This document shows, piece by piece, positions 61,901 through 64,000 of a DNA stretch of 64,000 nt (positions within the stretch are counted from its first letter, which is position 1; the number at the start of each line of letters is the position of its first letter). The DNA comes from an uncultured Oscillospiraceae bacterium. GTDB lineage: Bacteria > Bacillota > Clostridia > Acetivibrionales > DTU013. Made by a program: the position numbers and the translations under genes. The notes under the pieces were generated by a model that saw only the letters and a program-made list of their open reading frames with translations, was not told where the DNA came from and made no database searches. The stretch is from assembly GCA_964490975.1 (NCBI GenBank), contig CAZBEQ010000002.1, forward strand, positions 75,900 through 139,899. The letters are read 5' to 3'.

Positions 61901-64000
61901 CTTTTCCATGGATAATATGTAGTAACTGTTTTTTCAGCTTTCTGATATTTCTCTCCGGTCGCAGGATCTACATATGCGTCATCATAAGTATATACTTCAT
62001 TATATATCTCCGAATTGCCCTTATCCCTTATCGTCTTTCTCTTAATCCTGCCGTCCCCGATATACTCATATTCTATCTTTCTGCTATCCTCACTTGAATT
62101 ATGATTATTTTCCTCACAGATTCTCATGTTTCTATCATATTTGTATTGATTCAAGTATTCACCGGTGGTCACATCCTGTTCGAACAATAGGTTACCCAGC
62201 CTATCATAACCGTACTTTAATTGTTTACCTAATTCATTGGTTACCAAGGTATAGTTCTCTGTAGAATTAGTAACATATTGCATTGTCTTATAGGTCGTAT
62301 CCGAGTAAGTTTCGCGTGTCACTCGACCAAGCTTGTCATATTGATAGGAAGTAGTGTTCCCCTGTCCATCCTGTTTCTCCTTAACATTGCCAAACCAATC
62401 GTATATGTATCTTTCATCAACAGTACCAGGATTGTTACCCGCAATAGCAGCAACTGAAAGGTTATCTGCATCCAGTACCCCCTCAACATACTTTCGAGTC
62501 AGATATAGTCCATTAAACTTACCATTTCTTGATACTACATTATCATCATAGCAATATTTTATATCATTATAATCAGTCCAATTATCCAAATAGTTTTTTT
62601 CTTCGATAACATTTCCGTAGACATCATATAAGAATTGCGTTTGCTTTTTTAATACCCCGTTTTCAAACACTTTTGCATACTCAATACTTTTACCGTCTGA
62701 TGTCGGCAAATACTGTTCTCTAATTGTATTACCGGCATCTCTCTTATATGTTTTGCTTATAAGATAATGGTATGTTGGATGGTATTGATATGTGGTTTTG
62801 TATTCAATGTTTGTTTTATCGCCCGCAGCTTTACTGCTCCAATATTCCAAAAGATCACGGTATATGTCATAGGTAAAATTCTGAATACTTTCTACATATT
62901 GACCTGTTGTTTTATTATATGTTCTATAAGTAGTCTTCGCTAGTTGTCTATTACTATCATACTCATTAATAGTTTCATTTTTATAGTCAGGTCCGATTGC
63001 TACACTATTTGTAAGTAAGCAATTGTCATCAAAAATAAGTCGGTCAGTATTTTCAGTCCCATCAGCATTGAATGTCATAACATCCGTTGTAGTACCGTAA
63101 GGCTCGGAATATGGCCACCCGTCATACTCAGCAGAATCATTTCTATTATATAGATACACCTTTGAAATTGATGTGGTATTATTATAATCAACGCTGTTGA
63201 ACATTTTATAGAATTGCATTGATCCATCTTCACCGAGGTTTTTTGTATATATGTAATTTATAAAAACGGAATAACCGCCTGATGGATAATTTATTTTACG
63301 AAGACATGCAAAGAAATTATCAACACCATTGCCATCTCCTAGTACAGAATTCACCTCTTTAACATCAGCATCAGCTTTACATAAGTTAAAGTGGTACAGA
63401 TAGGATGTAACACGGTTTTCAACATCCGTAACTGAAGACAAATAATATTCAGAGTCCAGAATGTAGTTTTGAAATTCACTCGAAGCTTGACTTCTAATCA
63501 ATGCTTTTTGGTACAAAATACTTTTAGTCTGCCCATCTCCATATACAGAAACAGTCAAAGTATTATTTGTATCATTATAGTTAAAATATATGTCTCTACC
63601 TACACTGTCTATTATATGACTAATATAATAAAAACTTTCATCTCCAAGCTCTCTAGTCGAGTACTGAAAGGTTATGTGATTATCATAACGATCTCCAATA
63701 CCAATTAAATAACCATAATAGTTAAAAAAATACTTTCTCCCATCCTTCTCCTCAAGTGCCCACACTGAGTCTGCCACCATATTATTCGACTGGCCATTAT
63801 TAAATGTCCCAAGAACACCATTCGGTGCATAATCGTACTTTAATCTGTACTCCTGTAAGTTTTCATCTTTTAAATAGAAACAATTACTATATACATCGAA
63901 ATTACCTTCCGGCATTATAAATATGACACCTTTTGAGCCAATATGAAGTTCTCTTGGCCAGCCACTTCTTACAACCAGGTGCGGCAGATCAAGAGCCCAT
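58960..64000 (-). CDS. Rhs/YD-repeat polymorphic toxin (N-terminus lies beyond the window)
   Basis: Dozens of YD repeats (YxYDxxGNxxxxxD), the core end ...YYLRARYYDSEIGRFISEDS...NLYTYCLNNPVNMFDPSGHE, then a 232-aa C-terminal domain. The frame remains open to position 64000. Confidence 0.92.
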   Translation of the reverse strand, partial: WALDLPHLVVRSGWPRELHIGSKGVIFIMPEGNFDVYSNCFYLKDENLQEYRLKYDYAPNGVLGTFNNGQSNNMVADSVWALEEKDGRKYFFNYYGYLIGIGDRYDNHITFQYSTRELGDESFYYISHIIDSVGRDIYFNYNDTNNTLTVSVYGDGQTKSILYQKALIRSQASSEFQNYILDSEYYLSSVTDVENRVTSYLYHFNLCKADADVKEVNSVLGDGNGVDNFFACLRKINYPSGGYSVFINYIYTKNLGEDGSMQFYKMFNSVDYNNTTSISKVYLYNRNDSAEYDGWPYSEPYGTTTDVMTFNADGTENTDRLIFDDNCLLTNSVAIGPDYKNETINEYDSNRQLAKTTYRTYNKTTGQYVESIQNFTYDIYRDLLEYWSSKAAGDKTNIEYKTTYQYHPTYHYLISKTYKRDAGNTIREQYLPTSDGKSIEYAKVFENGVLKKQTQFLYDVYGNVIEEKNYLDNWTDYNDIKYCYDDNVVSRNGKFNGLYLTRKYVEGVLDADNLSVAAIAGNNPGTVDERYIYDWFGNVKEKQDGQGNTTSYQYDKLGRVTRETYSDTTYKTMQYVTNSTENYTLVTNELGKQLKYGYDRLGNLLFEQDVTTGEYLNQYKYDRNMRICEENNHNSSEDSRKIEYEYIGDGRIKRKTIRDKGNSEIYNEVYTYDDAYVDPATGEKYQKAEKTVTTYYPWKSMTTNVYTNKHGEVVKTGRIYNGIEYADTYKYDYIGNKTEEKSARAYQEGWTNPWTAKYEYDFAGRPVKTFNIEGNYTLTEYDALGKIKAVTDFKGNLATPKYSTTYKYDKLGRTIEENIPFAKINNTIYNTIKKNYYDRNGNVIISKTSSNKPGQTMAYSRQDYEYNTRNLLTKVLKFETANKANYTQYYYDAAGNKLRQYTGLSSPLKINGLDKIVDGSDHSYSTTKYEYDHQGRLLKMTDPMGMSESYGYDANGNMTSKTDRNGNITTNIYDYLSRLKSTSVVTPDGKGNTSHTYEYGFNDKVTLSDNITYEYDSLDRLMKETDGNIVKEYAYDAADNRKTYTLTLGGVVKLSTSYTYDNMNRLYQVFENDQLVAIYTYDENGNRKSLKYSNGNDTAYVYNLANKLVDLSNTNGAGSQISHYSYEYYLDGNQSRKSDSTSGKATTYSYDGLSRLTSESNSSIGTVTSAIGYIYDDYNNRKTLIATGINPYTTSYVYDLNSRLLAETKEAADITEVTSYSYDNNGNQIYKGTEVFVPDNGEQEAVSISVAGLADDSVSLMEYNGLNQLIKTTSDNTVAEYTYNANGLRAAKSVNGVLTKHVWDGDQISIELNGAGNITSKYIRGINLICAETPAGGTKKWYAYNGHGDVVQLTDTAGNTVKSYEYDAFGSESNIDPNDTNVSRYCGEYFDSETGNYYLRARYYDSEIGRFISEDSVWGSDSDPLSLNLYTYCLNNPVNMFDPSGHEAEIYLSQLISLKQEYATASASRRTEIAALGVGLRDKIRDSFEYIDGWYNFNDVVNASNLFNGPGGGSVAEVQGLYSYLTSQQAAYKREQTILFCEDVAVVSGSVLVAERLGASAISAIGAGITTGWDKLKNLFGKGQTVRDKLLNSVTNQKLWNCIDQLYRPGGTIGDGGTADFVRNELVNGVPTGMTSHIPKALERIANLQNIINKQNLNANDLKTAQKLLQDLTNALNGK

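Overview
The window looks like chromosomal DNA from a low-GC, spore-forming anaerobic Firmicute, probably Clostridia. This is inferred from PFOR/nifJ, fhs, sleB-ypeB, yabG, cotS, bofA, veg, and a dnaD/dnaB-like gene next to dnaI. From 0 to 54.5 kb the content is mostly core genes: signalling (a Cache-PAS-GGDEF-EAL protein, an AbrB-like regulator, two orphan response regulators), gdhA, several regulator/transporter pairs, tRNA-Arg(ACG), replication-loader genes, spore cortex and coat genes, a yhaO/yhaN-like nuclease pair, acpS, ispE, fhs, nifJ, ferritin and a frameshifted superoxide dismutase. From 54.5 to 64 kb the window is an accessory, decayed region. It holds a HEPN gene remnant, a 750-bp GC-rich block of three diverged tandem units with no convincing coding frame, and an Rhs/YD polymorphic-toxin locus. 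That locus comprises a large rhs gene running off the right edge, two immunity-type genes, an IS110 fragment, and an orphan rhs tip with a membrane immunity candidate. The observations most worth follow-up: (1) the GC-rich tandem element at 55.4-56.2 kb; (2) a classic-clade AAA+ ATPase, PspA/IM30 and membrane coiled-coil gene trio at 27.9-31.3 kb (an ESCRT-III/Vps4-like arrangement); (3) an unclassified GC-rich region of about 350 nt with nested helices downstream of bofA, a candidate structured RNA; (4) a 62/63-bp direct repeat made of the tRNA-Arg 3' end plus its terminator, bracketing a TetR-MATE cassette; (5) an NlpC/P60 protein that has lost its whole catalytic triad; (6) a same-orientation DnaA-box cluster at 0.65-0.73 kb. 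All calls rest on reading the sequence and the ORF translations. No database search was run.
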